Of a stretch of 64,000 nucleotides of DNA, positions 8,569 through 18,179 are shown piece by piece; positions within the stretch are counted from its first letter, which is position 1, and the number at the start of each line of letters is the position of its first letter. The position numbers and the translations under genes were made by a program. Origin of the DNA: an uncultured virus (IMG/VR IMGVR_UViG_2061766007_002858) (Duplodnaviria > Heunggongvirae > Uroviricota > Caudoviricetes). A model generated the notes under the pieces. That model saw nothing but the letters and a program-made list of their open reading frames with translations. It did no database searches and was not told the DNA's origin. The DNA lies in the IMG/VR virus record IMGVR_UViG_2061766007_002858. One strand, given 5' to 3'.

Positions 8569-11223
8569 TCATTCCTCCGTAATCTCAACAGCGGTCCCAA
8601 GGGTGTATCTGCATGTATTGCCCGGGTGGATATTTTCATCGGTGATCAGCCGGTAGACCCAGGGCTTATGATCCGGATCAGCGGTTGTGGCAAATTGGCA
8701 CCAGCGGATGCCCTCACGCGCTTTGGCGACCACGTCCGCTGCGGTCACTTCGTTCGCCGCCTTTACTTCCACCATATACTTGTGTGTGGCGGTCTCCACC
8801 AGGAAATCCGGGTTGTACTGCTGGCCAGCCTGCCAGAACAGGCCGAGCTGATTGAGCGGCGGCTTGATCCAGCGGATGACATCCGGGTCCTCTTCCAGGA
8901 TGATGGAGAACAGCCGCTCCGTGTCACTGTCAAAGGCGTTCTCTGTGTAGTAGCCCTTTCTGTATCCGGTGAAGAGGTACTTCCTGATATTGGACCGGTC
9001 TGTGAAGGGACGGTCGAAGCGCACACGCCCGTCCTTCCGGATGTTCTTCACGAAGCGCCGGAAGAGGATCAGATCCTTCTGTACGATATGGATGTCCTGT
9101 GTCTTCCGGTCCATGTGCTCATAGATCTGCGACCGGATGTCCGACACGATCAGCGTGGCGTACCGGCGCACAATCCGGCGCTTTTCTTCCTCGTCGCCCT
9201 CGATCTGCGCCAGATACTGATCCACCACATCGATAATAAAATCCGCGTCGTCATAGGACAGCTCACTGATGGAGTCCAGCAGCATGCAGGCCAGCGTGTT
9301 CATAGCGTCATCCACTTCCAGGATCTGCGCGTCCACGGAGGCGAGGAACTGCTGATTGACGGCGTCGAATCGCTCGATCTTCGCCATGGCCACTTCAAAG
9401 TCCGGAATGGTACGGTGCACCTGGAAACGGTTGAATTTCACCTCGGATGTGGTCTGCACCAGGATTTTCGGAACAGAGATGGCCTTGCCGGAGTATTCAG
9501 TAAACCTGCGGACAAACTCATCTTTGGAGAGCGGCTTTTCTCCGGCAGAGGAGGTCGAAGCCGGCGGAGTAATGGCTTCCTGCGGCTGGCCTTCGGTGGC
9601 ACCGCTGTCCGCTGCGGGAGTCACAACGTCAAAGATCGAGATCTGATTATCGTCGGCTTCAGACGTCTGCCGATGCCTTGCCGGGCCGAAGGTCTTCAGA
9701 TAGGCGGCGTACAGTTCCTGCTGCGTCTGCGGATTGTCCGCCTCGCGGAAGGTACGGGTGCCGGTGTCTGTCACGATCTGGTCGAACAGAGAGAGCTGGC
9801 CGTCATCCACGGGGCTGCTGACATCCACGGTGTCGGTCGGCTCCACTTCCATCCTGTCCAGATCGCGGTAGCGGAATATGTCGCTGCTCCTGATCTCATC
9901 CACCAGTTCCCTGTAATGCTCGTGGGCGACGATATCCAGCGTGTCGAGATCCTCATTGCCCGTTACCTGGCCGAAGGGCAGGCGCAGACCTCTGCCGATG
10001 GTCTGCATGGCCAGGATATCGCTTTTCGCTGCATTCAGCGGAATGATGGTGAACAGGTTATTGACGTCCCAGCCTTCCTTCAGCTTGTACACGTGCAGAA
10101 CGATCTCAATGGGGTTATCAGCCCTCTCAATGGAGAGGAGGAGTCGCACGTTCTCCTCGGTTTCCTCACCCTTCATGTTGGAATGAATCTCGATGACCTT
10201 TCCCTTATAGCGGCCGCCGAGGAAGCTGTCGCTGTCAATTAGCGCCCGGATATCCCTGGCGTGATTGGTGTCGCGGCAGGCGATCAGGACGATCGGCTTC
10301 ACATACGGCAGCTCATGGTCGGCGCAGTACTGCCGCAGCAGACCCTTGCGGTGCTCATGCTGGGTCAGACCGTCGCGGATCTTCATTTCTTCGATATCCG
10401 CCGCGCTATATCCGGCCATGTTGGAACGGCCCATGACCACGGGCGTTTTCAGATAGCCCTCCACAGCGCCGCGGGCGAGGTCATAGGCATAGATCACGTT
10501 GGAGGTGGACTTGGGCGTGGCGGTGTACTCCAGCCCCAGAACAGGCTTAAGGTAATTGATGGCGCGCATGGAGGCGGGAGCATAATACCTGTGCGCCTCA
10601 TCCATACAGATCACCAGGTCGTCAAAGCTGGCCAGAACAGCGGAGAAGGACATCCCCAGCGTCTCCCGGAACTTGTGGAAATTGAACTGGGTGTCCGTTT
10701 TGCTGTTGAAGATCTTACCGATGTTGAAAATGAACAGCTCAATCTCAGAAGACTTTTCGATCTGCATCGCCGTCTGCACATAATGCACCGGGTAGGTATC
10801 GTAATTCTCGCCGTCGTATACCTTCGGCCTGCCCATCTCAGCTTCCAGCCCCTTGAAGATATACTTTGGATGAGCGGGGTTGGCTTCCTTGCGCAGCTTG
10901 TCATAGATGGTGCTGCCCGGCGCAAGGATGAAGAAGTGCCGGTAGCCCTTCGTCTTATACAGATAATAGATGCATGCGCCCATCAGGCGGGTCTTGCCGA
11001 TGCCGGTGGCCATGGCGAAACAGAAGGACGGGAAGTCAAATTTGTCGTCCACTCTGATTGTGCGCTGCTTTTCGCAGTATTCTGATGCGGCCGCCTCCAC
11101 GGCGGCCTTGCTGTCCCGCTGATAGTCGCAGTGGGTGCTGATGGCGTCCAGATAGCCCAGCGCCTCCCGCTGAGGATCGCGCAGGCTCATGGCGTATCCG
11201 ATTCTCTTCACGATGTCAGCCAC
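8569..11223 (-). CDS. res: Type III restriction endonuclease Res subunit (SF2 helicase + PD-(D/E)xK nuclease)
   Basis: MATGIGKT, DEAH, EGWD, QTIGRGLRL, C-terminal YNPDFLVE..VEVKA; GTG start 2 nt after the mod stop. Confidence 0.88.
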   Translation of the reverse strand: MADIVKRIGYAMSLRDPQREALGYLDAISTHCDYQRDSKAAVEAAASEYCEKQRTIRVDDKFDFPSFCFAMATGIGKTRLMGACIYYLYKTKGYRHFFILAPGSTIYDKLRKEANPAHPKYIFKGLEAEMGRPKVYDGENYDTYPVHYVQTAMQIEKSSEIELFIFNIGKIFNSKTDTQFNFHKFRETLGMSFSAVLASFDDLVICMDEAHRYYAPASMRAINYLKPVLGLEYTATPKSTSNVIYAYDLARGAVEGYLKTPVVMGRSNMAGYSAADIEEMKIRDGLTQHEHRKGLLRQYCADHELPYVKPIVLIACRDTNHARDIRALIDSDSFLGGRYKGKVIEIHSNMKGEETEENVRLLLSIERADNPIEIVLHVYKLKEGWDVNNLFTIIPLNAAKSDILAMQTIGRGLRLPFGQVTGNEDLDTLDIVAHEHYRELVDEIRSSDIFRYRDLDRMEVEPTDTVDVSSPVDDGQLSLFDQIVTDTGTRTFREADNPQTQQELYAAYLKTFGPARHRQTSEADDNQISIFDVVTPAADSGATEGQPQEAITPPASTSSAGEKPLSKDEFVRRFTEYSGKAISVPKILVQTTSEVKFNRFQVHRTIPDFEVAMAKIERFDAVNQQFLASVDAQILEVDDAMNTLACMLLDSISELSYDDADFIIDVVDQYLAQIEGDEEEKRRIVRRYATLIVSDIRSQIYEHMDRKTQDIHIVQKDLILFRRFVKNIRKDGRVRFDRPFTDRSNIRKYLFTGYRKGYYTENAFDSDTERLFSIILEEDPDVIRWIKPPLNQLGLFWQAGQQYNPDFLVETATHKYMVEVKAANEVTAADVVAKAREGIRWCQFATTADPDHKPWVYRLITDENIHPGNTCRYTLGTAVEITEE

Positions 11224-11225
11224 TG

Positions 11226-11507
11226 TCAGCGCACCTCACTTTCAAAACTGCACTTTTCGAGCAGGTCTTTCGGGATCTTCCGCACCTCGATGTTGTCCGG
11301 CAGGATCATGTCAGACTGGATGGCCATGCCATAGATCAGGAGGGACTGGTCCTCGCCGAGAGAGGAGGCCACCGACCGGATGTATTCCGCGTTGACAAAC
11401 TCCTTCGTCACGTGGATGAACCGCTTCTCAGAAGAATATCCGTGGAACAAACCCTCCGGTTTATAACGGAAACCCTCGATCTTGCAGATGGCCTCGCACA
11501 TCATCTC
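11226..11507 (-). other. C-terminal fragment of a second mod allele (A)
   Basis: Near-identical to 11532-11813 with substitutions; gap-bounded; followed by the res start. Confidence 0.8.
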
Positions 11508-11531
11508 NNNNNNNNNNAATGTCAGCCACTG

Positions 11532-13187
11532 TCAGCGTACCTCACTTTCAAAACTGCACTTCTCGAGCAGGTCTTTTGGGATCTTCCGCACTTCGATGTT
11601 GTCTGGCAGGATCATGTCCGACTGGATGGCCATGCCGTAAATCAGGAGAGACTGATCCTCGCCGAGGGAGGAGGCCACCGACCGGACGTATTCCGCGTTG
11701 ACGAATTCCTTCGTCACATGGATGAAACGCTTCTCAGAGGAATGTCCATGGAATACACCTTCCGGGTGATAGTGGAAGCCCTCAATTTTGCAGATCGCCT
11801 CGCACATCATCTCAAATGTGTATTCCGGATTGATCTGATAGATTGGCAGGCGGTCGTTTCGAACAAGCAGGCTTGGGGCGAGCTCATAAAAGTGATAACC
11901 ACCGCCACCGTGCCAGTCGACAGCTTTTGATATTCCAAGTTGATCTGTTCCATCTATAACTGAATCAAGTCGTTTTTTACAATGCGTAAAGGCTTGTTCT
12001 CCCATTTCAATTCCAATCCACTGGCGTCCTAACTTATGCGCTGCAGCAGCAGTGGTTCCAGATCCTAAAAAAGAATCTAAGACCAGATCTCCTGGCTCAG
12101 TCGACATTTCTATGATTCTCCGAAGAAGTTGCTCTGGTTTTTTCCCGCGTGGAAAAGAAACCCCTCCTTCATTTGCTATATCTGCCTTAGGTATCTCGCC
12201 GTGTTTCCACAGCGTGGTCATTTTAGTACCCTTTGTCAGTCGACCTTCATCATCAAGAGTAGTGGTATCTCGTAGCCAAGATAGCAATTCACAGTTATAG
12301 TAATACAGAGTTGTTGCCACACCTTCGTTTTTACCGCGGCTTGGAACGTAATCCATGGAATAAAAACCATCTTTATCTAATCCAGAAATAATATCATTTT
12401 GAAATTCATTTTCTTTTTGTACCCGATTACCTCGAAACAGGGTACTTAAATGGCATGCAAACTCAGCCCGCAATTCTTCTTCCCGATCTGCGGCATTTTT
12501 TAGAGATATAGTTTGTATCTCAAAACCATTGTGCTTATATACTCGCACAATCTCTCCATTAGATTTCGACACAAATTCACGTACAAGCTCTCGCGTACCG
12601 AAGTTCACCACATATCTATTGTAGCGCTTCATAATATTCATTCCGAGCTCTTCGTAGCTTTGATTTTCCCGTGTAGGAAGCACTCCTTTTTTATAAAGCA
12701 ATATATGTTCTGTTGTATTCACCAGATACCCGCCTTGTCCAATTCCAGCAACAGCAGAACGTTCATAAGTAATATGAGCAACGAAGTTTTTTCTCGTAAA
12801 GATCTCGTCGAGCAAAACTTTGCAATAATGCACTTCAACATCATCGAGATGTATCCATAGCATTCCGTTTTCATCCAGAAGTTTATATATAATCCGCAAA
12901 CGTCGAGCCATGAGATCGAGCCAAATAGAGTGCTCAACATCATCATCGTAATGTTCAAAGGCTTGACCTGTATTAAACGGCGGATCCAAGTAAGCGCATT
13001 TTACCCGTCCAGTAAAATCACTTTCTAAGGCTCGCAAAGCCATTAGGTTATCACCATGGATAAGCATGTTTCTGCTTCTCATATCCCCGTATGATTTAGA
13101 TCGGTCTTCAACGAGGATTCGAGGCTCCAACTCTTCATCAACATACTTATCCGTCCAGGTCAGTTCAAGCTTTCCTCTGTGTTCCAT
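11532..13187 (-). CDS. mod: Type III Mod, beta-class amino-methyltransferase (complete allele B)
   Basis: LIHGDNL, YLDPPFNTG (motif IV), KKPEQLL, LDSFLGSGTT (motif I); ATG at 13187 after the gap. Confidence 0.9.
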   Translation of the reverse strand: MEHRGKLELTWTDKYVDEELEPRILVEDRSKSYGDMRSRNMLIHGDNLMALRALESDFTGRVKCAYLDPPFNTGQAFEHYDDDVEHSIWLDLMARRLRIIYKLLDENGMLWIHLDDVEVHYCKVLLDEIFTRKNFVAHITYERSAVAGIGQGGYLVNTTEHILLYKKGVLPTRENQSYEELGMNIMKRYNRYVVNFGTRELVREFVSKSNGEIVRVYKHNGFEIQTISLKNAADREEELRAEFACHLSTLFRGNRVQKENEFQNDIISGLDKDGFYSMDYVPSRGKNEGVATTLYYYNCELLSWLRDTTTLDDEGRLTKGTKMTTLWKHGEIPKADIANEGGVSFPRGKKPEQLLRRIIEMSTEPGDLVLDSFLGSGTTAAAAHKLGRQWIGIEMGEQAFTHCKKRLDSVIDGTDQLGISKAVDWHGGGGYHFYELAPSLLVRNDRLPIYQINPEYTFEMMCEAICKIEGFHYHPEGVFHGHSSEKRFIHVTKEFVNAEYVRSVASSLGEDQSLLIYGMAIQSDMILPDNIEVRKIPKDLLEKCSFESEVR

Positions 13188-13221
13188 GACGCTTACCCTT
13201 TCTGCCGTATCNNNNNNNNNN

Positions 13222-13325
13222 TCGCCGTATGATTTTTCCAGGTCTTCAATCAGGATGCGCGGCTCGATCACGCTCTCCTCATATTTGCCGACCCAGGTTA
13301 GTTCAAGCTTTCCTCTGTGTTCCAT
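13222..13325 (-). other. N-terminal fragment of mod allele A
   Basis: MEHRGKLELTWVGKYEESVIEPRIL versus allele B MEHRGKLELTWTDKYVDEELEPRIL; same upstream spacer. Confidence 0.8.
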
Positions 13326-13347
13326 GACGCTTACCCTTTCTGCCGTA

Positions 13348-15966
13348 TCAGAATTTAAGTACGATGTTGACCAGAAGCAGAGGCTTTATTTCCAGCGACT
13401 CTGCAAATTCCCTTGTTTCCTGCCAGGCGGAGGACTGAATGGACGATACCTTTTTGTGGAAATCCGACTGGAATTTGATCAGTGCCTTCCGCTTTTCCGT
13501 GATCTTTTTGCGGATATCCACCTTTTCCAGAAAATCCTTTGCGGCGGCTTCCTGCTCTTCCAGGGCGGTGATCTCCGCCTGCATGTCCGCGATCTGCAGG
13601 TTCAGCTGCTCTGTCTGGATCGCCACCCAGTTTTCCACCTTGCGTTTGTTGTAATCCTTCACTGGCTGTATGCTGGCCCGGTACTTCTTCGTCATTTCGA
13701 TGGTCAGCCGGTCGTATACCTGGTGGAAGACCTTCATTTCATCCTCTGTCGGGGTGAAATACCGGATTCCGGAATCATCCGCCTTTTCCAGCGCGGCGAC
13801 GATATCTCGCTCTGAGAAATCGACGTACTCACCGTTCTCATCGCATACCAGCAGCACGGGGAACAGCAGCTTCGCGCCGTCACAGAACGCGCCCAGGAAC
13901 AGCGTGCCGTGTCCGCCGAACGTATCTGCGCCCCAGCCGTCAATCCGCCAGTAGTGGGTCGTGCGGTCTACCTCCGGCTCCGCGAACTGCGACCAGTAAT
14001 CCACGTCGGCAAGGTAGGCGTCGATGGCGGCCTTCGTAGCCTCCAGCGCCGCGCCTTTTGCGCCTTCGCTTTCCGTCATCAGCAGGGCCCGCAGCTCCCT
14101 GGCTTTTTTGTTGCGCTTCGCATCCAGCTGTCGGTCCAGCTTATCGAAGGCCTTTTTGAATTCCGCCCTCGTATCGCAGCTCTGGTAAATCTCCAGGATC
14201 ATGCTCTCAAAGCTCGTACCGCTTTCCAGGATACCCAGCGCCACATCCGACGCGCCGAAGACGCCTTCAAACAGCTCAAACTTTTTGCTCAGGATCTCGT
14301 AGACCCGCCTGTCTGCCTCGTTCTGCGTGTTCAGCAGATTGACGGCCACTACGTCGTGCTCCTGCCCGTAACGGTGGCAGCGGCCAATGCGCTGTTCGAT
14401 CTTCTGCGGGTTCCAAGGCAGATCGTAATTGATGACGGTGTTGCAGAACTGCAGGTTCAGGCCTTCAGAGCCTGCGTCCGTAACAATCAGAATACGGGAA
14501 TGCTCCCTGAAATAATCCACGATGGCGTGCTTGTATTCCACACTGCGCCCGTAATTGGGCCCGTCGTAATTCTTCACCTGCCACGCCCGATAGATCTCCT
14601 TTGTCATGGCATCGTCGAAGTCGCCGTTGAACAGCAGGATATCGTCCTCCTCAAAACCATCCCGGCGCAGCTCCGCCGCGATATACTTCTGCGTCCTTTT
14701 GGATTCGGTGAAGACAACGACCTTCTGCGGAATACCGTTTTCTTCCTGAAACTGCAGGGCGGTGTGAATGGCCTGCCTCAGCGCGACGATTTTTGCGTTG
14801 ACCTTAATCCGGCCCGCCGCGGCGAGGATGGCATCGACTTCATCCATTTCCTCCTGGATCTGCTGCTTCTGGAAGGCGGTGTCCGGATCGTCCTCTTCCT
14901 CCAGACCTTCCTCATCGATTTCATCCTCCACGTACGCCCAGAACAGATCGAAGCCTTCCTGGGCGCTGGCGGACCTGGTGCCCTGATACAGCTTTTCCAG
15001 CCTTTTGCGCAGCACCTCAAACGTTTCAATCAGGGCATAGCTGGAGGAGGCGAGCAGCTTTCGGATGACCAGTACGATCAGTCCGCGGTTGGCAGTCGGG
15101 ATGGAATACAGCGTCTCCCGTTTCAGAAAGGTGTTCACCCGCATGTACAGTTCCGCCTCATCCCTGGACAGGGTGAAGTCCACCGTCCGGCAGGTGCGTT
15201 TGCGGAAATCCATGTATCTGGCGACGTCCCGCCGCAGTGTGCGGTACAGGACGGGTGACAGTTCCCGTTTCAGCTCCGCATAGTCCTCGCCTTCAATAAA
15301 CCGCTTGTTAAAGAGCCGCTCACTGCCGAAAATGCGGGGATCGATGAAGGAGATCAGCCCATGGAGGTCAGTCAGCGAATTCTGCAGCGGCGTCGCCGTC
15401 AGCAGGATTTTCGGGATGCCCTTTGTCAGCTCATACAGTCGTTTTGCCCGCTTGGTGCCGTGAAACACGTTGCGCAGGTTGTGAGCCTCATCAATGATGA
15501 TCAGATCCCATTTGACGTCCGGGAACCGCTGCATCAGCTTGGAGGCGTAATCATAGGAGGCAAGCACGATTCTGACGTGTGACCCCTTTTCAAGCCAGGA
15601 CTTCCAGTGGTAGAGATCGTTCTCGACGGTCGGCCTGTCCAGAATGAAGGATTCCAGCCCGAATTTCTCCTGCAGTTCGATTTCCCACTGTTTCCGCAGC
15701 GTGGCCGGGAGGGCGATCAGGATATGCCTGGCGCCGTCCGCAATCGCGTGTTTCAGGGATAGTCCCGCTTCGATGGTCTTTCCGAGACCGACTTCATCGG
15801 CCAGCACGATGCCGCCCGTGCGGAGCGACTGCACTGCGGCGCAGTACGCGTTGACCTGATGCGGGTTCAGCTGAATATCGGCGTCAAGAAGGCAGCGGTA
15901 GGGCGACGCCTCTAACGCTTTCTTTTTATACCAGCTGTACTGCTCCAGCAGCAGATTCTCTTCCAT
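13348..15966 (-). CDS. SNF2-family helicase/ATPase (DrmD-like position)
   Basis: LADEVGLGKTIE, IIDEAH, LTATP, EGLNLQ, QRIGRCHRYGQ; C-terminal coiled coil. Confidence 0.9.
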   Translation of the reverse strand: MEENLLLEQYSWYKKKALEASPYRCLLDADIQLNPHQVNAYCAAVQSLRTGGIVLADEVGLGKTIEAGLSLKHAIADGARHILIALPATLRKQWEIELQEKFGLESFILDRPTVENDLYHWKSWLEKGSHVRIVLASYDYASKLMQRFPDVKWDLIIIDEAHNLRNVFHGTKRAKRLYELTKGIPKILLTATPLQNSLTDLHGLISFIDPRIFGSERLFNKRFIEGEDYAELKRELSPVLYRTLRRDVARYMDFRKRTCRTVDFTLSRDEAELYMRVNTFLKRETLYSIPTANRGLIVLVIRKLLASSSYALIETFEVLRKRLEKLYQGTRSASAQEGFDLFWAYVEDEIDEEGLEEEDDPDTAFQKQQIQEEMDEVDAILAAAGRIKVNAKIVALRQAIHTALQFQEENGIPQKVVVFTESKRTQKYIAAELRRDGFEEDDILLFNGDFDDAMTKEIYRAWQVKNYDGPNYGRSVEYKHAIVDYFREHSRILIVTDAGSEGLNLQFCNTVINYDLPWNPQKIEQRIGRCHRYGQEHDVVAVNLLNTQNEADRRVYEILSKKFELFEGVFGASDVALGILESGTSFESMILEIYQSCDTRAEFKKAFDKLDRQLDAKRNKKARELRALLMTESEGAKGAALEATKAAIDAYLADVDYWSQFAEPEVDRTTHYWRIDGWGADTFGGHGTLFLGAFCDGAKLLFPVLLVCDENGEYVDFSERDIVAALEKADDSGIRYFTPTEDEMKVFHQVYDRLTIEMTKKYRASIQPVKDYNKRKVENWVAIQTEQLNLQIADMQAEITALEEQEAAAKDFLEKVDIRKKITEKRKALIKFQSDFHKKVSSIQSSAWQETREFAESLEIKPLLLVNIVLKF

Positions 15967-15968
15967 CG

Positions 15969-17261
15969 TCAGCGCTCCTGTCTCAGTTCTTCTGCGATCT
16001 TCTCTGCGATGCCCTTCGCCATCATGGGCGGCACGGCGTTTCCGATCTGAACAAACTGTGAGGTACGGGGGCCTTCAAAATAGTAGCTGTCAGGGAAAGA
16101 CTGTATTCTCGCAGCCTCCCGGACTGTGATGGAGCGGTGCTGTTCTAAATCCGGATGGATGAAGTAGTGGCCATCCTTGGACAGATGCGCCAGCACCGTA
16201 TGGCAGCAGGGTTCGTCACCTTCCACGACCTTGAAGCGGTCGGTGAATGAGGTCGTGTTTTTGTGGGTGATCAGGCGTTCAGGCAGTTCGCTGTAATTCA
16301 GGCGCTTATGCCCATCGTTCCACAGTCTGATGGCCGTTTCATAAATCTCTATATCTCTGTCCTTATTCGGCCTTGCCTGATGATGGGTAAGGACATCATC
16401 AGCGGTACGGATTCCGCGCTCTGTCACATACTGACTCGGTTTTCTTCTGCCATAGGATGCCGCACCTTTTCCCGGAGTCAGCGCGGGAAGATCCGCGAAC
16501 AGATCGTTCACAACAGCCGATACCTCAACCCGTGCGAATTCAGGATAGCTCAGCCCGCTGTTCTTCAGCCAGCCGATAATGATCATCCTGCGTCTGTTCT
16601 GAAGCACTCCGAAGTCAGCGGCGTTCTGCTCTTTGCATTCGATCTCATATCCGACCCGGCGCAGATACTTTTTCAGATTTTTCCATGTACTGCCGCTGTT
16701 GGCTGATTCAATGCCCATCACATTTTCAAAGACAAACATCCGGGGTTTGTATTTTTTCAGCATCCGGCCATAGAGGATGTACAGCCTGTTTCTGGGATCC
16801 TCTGACATGGGTACTTCCATATGTTTGCTCTGTGCACGTCCGACCAGGGAATACGCCTGGCAGGGAGGGCCACCGATGATAACATCCACCTTTTCGATTT
16901 TGCGAAGCTTCATGATGCCGTCAATGGTTTTCATGATCCCGGGCAGCGTCTCGTCAGACATCGTTTTGCAGAGGATGGTCTGAACGACGTGTTTTGGGAC
17001 TTCTTTCATCAGCGCATCTCTGTCGATTTTGCCGCTCAGGTAATCATAGTACAGGTTGAGCTTTCCGACCTGTTTCAGATGGTAATATGCGCTCCTCGTT
17101 TCAAGCGTTCGGGCGGCAAACTCGTTCATCTCCACATGTGCGATGGGATTGAAGCCGGCCTGGATGAAGCCCTCAGACAGCCCGCCCGCGCCGGCAAACA
17201 GATCTATGAAATTAAGCCTGCCGCGAGTTGTGGTGTCGGCTGGTGTACGTACTTCATCCAT
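15969..17261 (-). CDS. dcm: DNA cytosine-5 methyltransferase (DrmMII-like)
   Basis: IDLFAGAGG, GGPPCQ, FENV, QNRRR, TVREAARIQSFPD, QIGNAVPP. Confidence 0.93.
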   Translation of the reverse strand: MDEVRTPADTTTRGRLNFIDLFAGAGGLSEGFIQAGFNPIAHVEMNEFAARTLETRSAYYHLKQVGKLNLYYDYLSGKIDRDALMKEVPKHVVQTILCKTMSDETLPGIMKTIDGIMKLRKIEKVDVIIGGPPCQAYSLVGRAQSKHMEVPMSEDPRNRLYILYGRMLKKYKPRMFVFENVMGIESANSGSTWKNLKKYLRRVGYEIECKEQNAADFGVLQNRRRMIIIGWLKNSGLSYPEFARVEVSAVVNDLFADLPALTPGKGAASYGRRKPSQYVTERGIRTADDVLTHHQARPNKDRDIEIYETAIRLWNDGHKRLNYSELPERLITHKNTTSFTDRFKVVEGDEPCCHTVLAHLSKDGHYFIHPDLEQHRSITVREAARIQSFPDSYYFEGPRTSQFVQIGNAVPPMMAKGIAEKIAEELRQER

Positions 17262-17340
17262 AAGAGTCAATTCCTTTACTTCAAAGTAAAATCAGCGCAG
17301 ATTCAGGGGTGGCTGATAGGATAGTTGGCAATTAAAGCGT

Positions 17341-17559
17341 TTATTTTGCCTCTGTTTCTATCGGGACTGCGTCGATGATATCGCCAAAATTACAGTTTAA
17401 TGCACCGCATATTCTAAGCAAAACATCCATACTGACGTGTTCTCCGCGGGTCATTTTTGCGATAGTCGATTTGCCGATGTCGGCAGTTGTTTCGAGGTCA
17501 CGCTTCTTCATGTCTTTGTCGATAAGCAATTTCCAGAGTTTTTTATAACTTACTTCCAT
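17341..17559 (-). CDS. XRE/Cro-C1 HTH regulator heading the defence operon
   Basis: VSYKKLWKLLID...IGKSTIAKM..GEHVSMDVLLRICGALNC; GAGGTG SD. Confidence 0.9.
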   Translation of the reverse strand: MEVSYKKLWKLLIDKDMKKRDLETTADIGKSTIAKMTRGEHVSMDVLLRICGALNCNFGDIIDAVPIETEAK

Positions 17560-17602
17560 GACTGCACCTCACTATTCAAGAGGGTTCATAGCTACAGATA
17601 AT

Positions 17603-17631
17603 ATTATATCATCTTCCGCAATCAAACGCAA
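17603..17631 (-). promoter_or_regulatory. SigA-type promoter of the defence operon
   Basis: Minus strand TTGCGT-17 nt-TATAAT with extended TG. Confidence 0.7.
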
Positions 17632-17664
17632 CGATAAAGTTCGAGATGTCGCACCTTTTAACGC

Positions 17665-17695
17665 AATAAAATGCCTGCTCACAAGTTAGCAGGCA
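17665..17695 (-). terminator. Intrinsic terminator after the YolD-like gene
   Basis: TGCCTGCT-8 nt-AGCAGGCA then TTTTATT. Confidence 0.75.
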
Positions 17696-17708
17696 AAGGT
17701 TACTGAGA

Positions 17709-18179
17709 TCATTCAATTATATCATCCAGGTAATCCACCAATTCGCTATGGATCATATTTATGCAGTCTATTTTTACGATTTTCCCCTTAGACCGCCCAT
17801 TCTCAGCCAGGAATACAACCATCCTTTCCACCGTATCGATGTTTCTGATCAGCCCCGTATACTCCTCATAAGAACCACCATCTTTCAGCTTGTCCGGCAC
17901 AAAGTATCGAACAGTGATCTCCGGATGCTGCCCATCGCGAATCGCCTCATCAATCAGCATCAGCTTCTGATCGATGCATTCTTTCTCTGTTTCAGACAGC
18001 TCAATCTTCCGGTCCGTCAGCCGTCCCGTCTCAGCGATCACACTATCAAAGCCAACCAGCGCCGCATACGGGCTGAACTGCGCGGCGCGATTAAGCATGC
18101 TCATCTGAGGATGGGTCTTTGACTGATGGTGCGGGAGGTGGAGAATATCCGCATAAGGATTCTTTTCATCAGCCATCAT
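17709..18179 (-). CDS. YolD-like protein (UmuC accessory)
   Basis: [10 protein letters not shown]...[11 protein letters not shown]; overlaps the end of the Y-family polymerase gene. Confidence 0.8.
   Translation of the reverse strand: MMADEKNPYADILHLPHHQSKTHPQMSMLNRAAQFSPYAALVGFDSVIAETGRLTDRKIELSETEKECIDQKLMLIDEAIRDGQHPEITVRYFVPDKLKDGGSYEEYTGLIRNIDTVERMVVFLAENGRSKGKIVKIDCINMIHSELVDYLDDIIE

Noticed and set aside
8626..10242. Long opposite-strand ORFs (also 6449-7660, 13909-15258, 28927-30174, 42397-43404)
   Set aside because: Antisense shadows of motif-bearing genes in GC-rich DNA; no recognisable motifs of their own
11532..13187. Phase-variable simple sequence repeat in mod
   Set aside because: No SSR tract visible; the frame is intact
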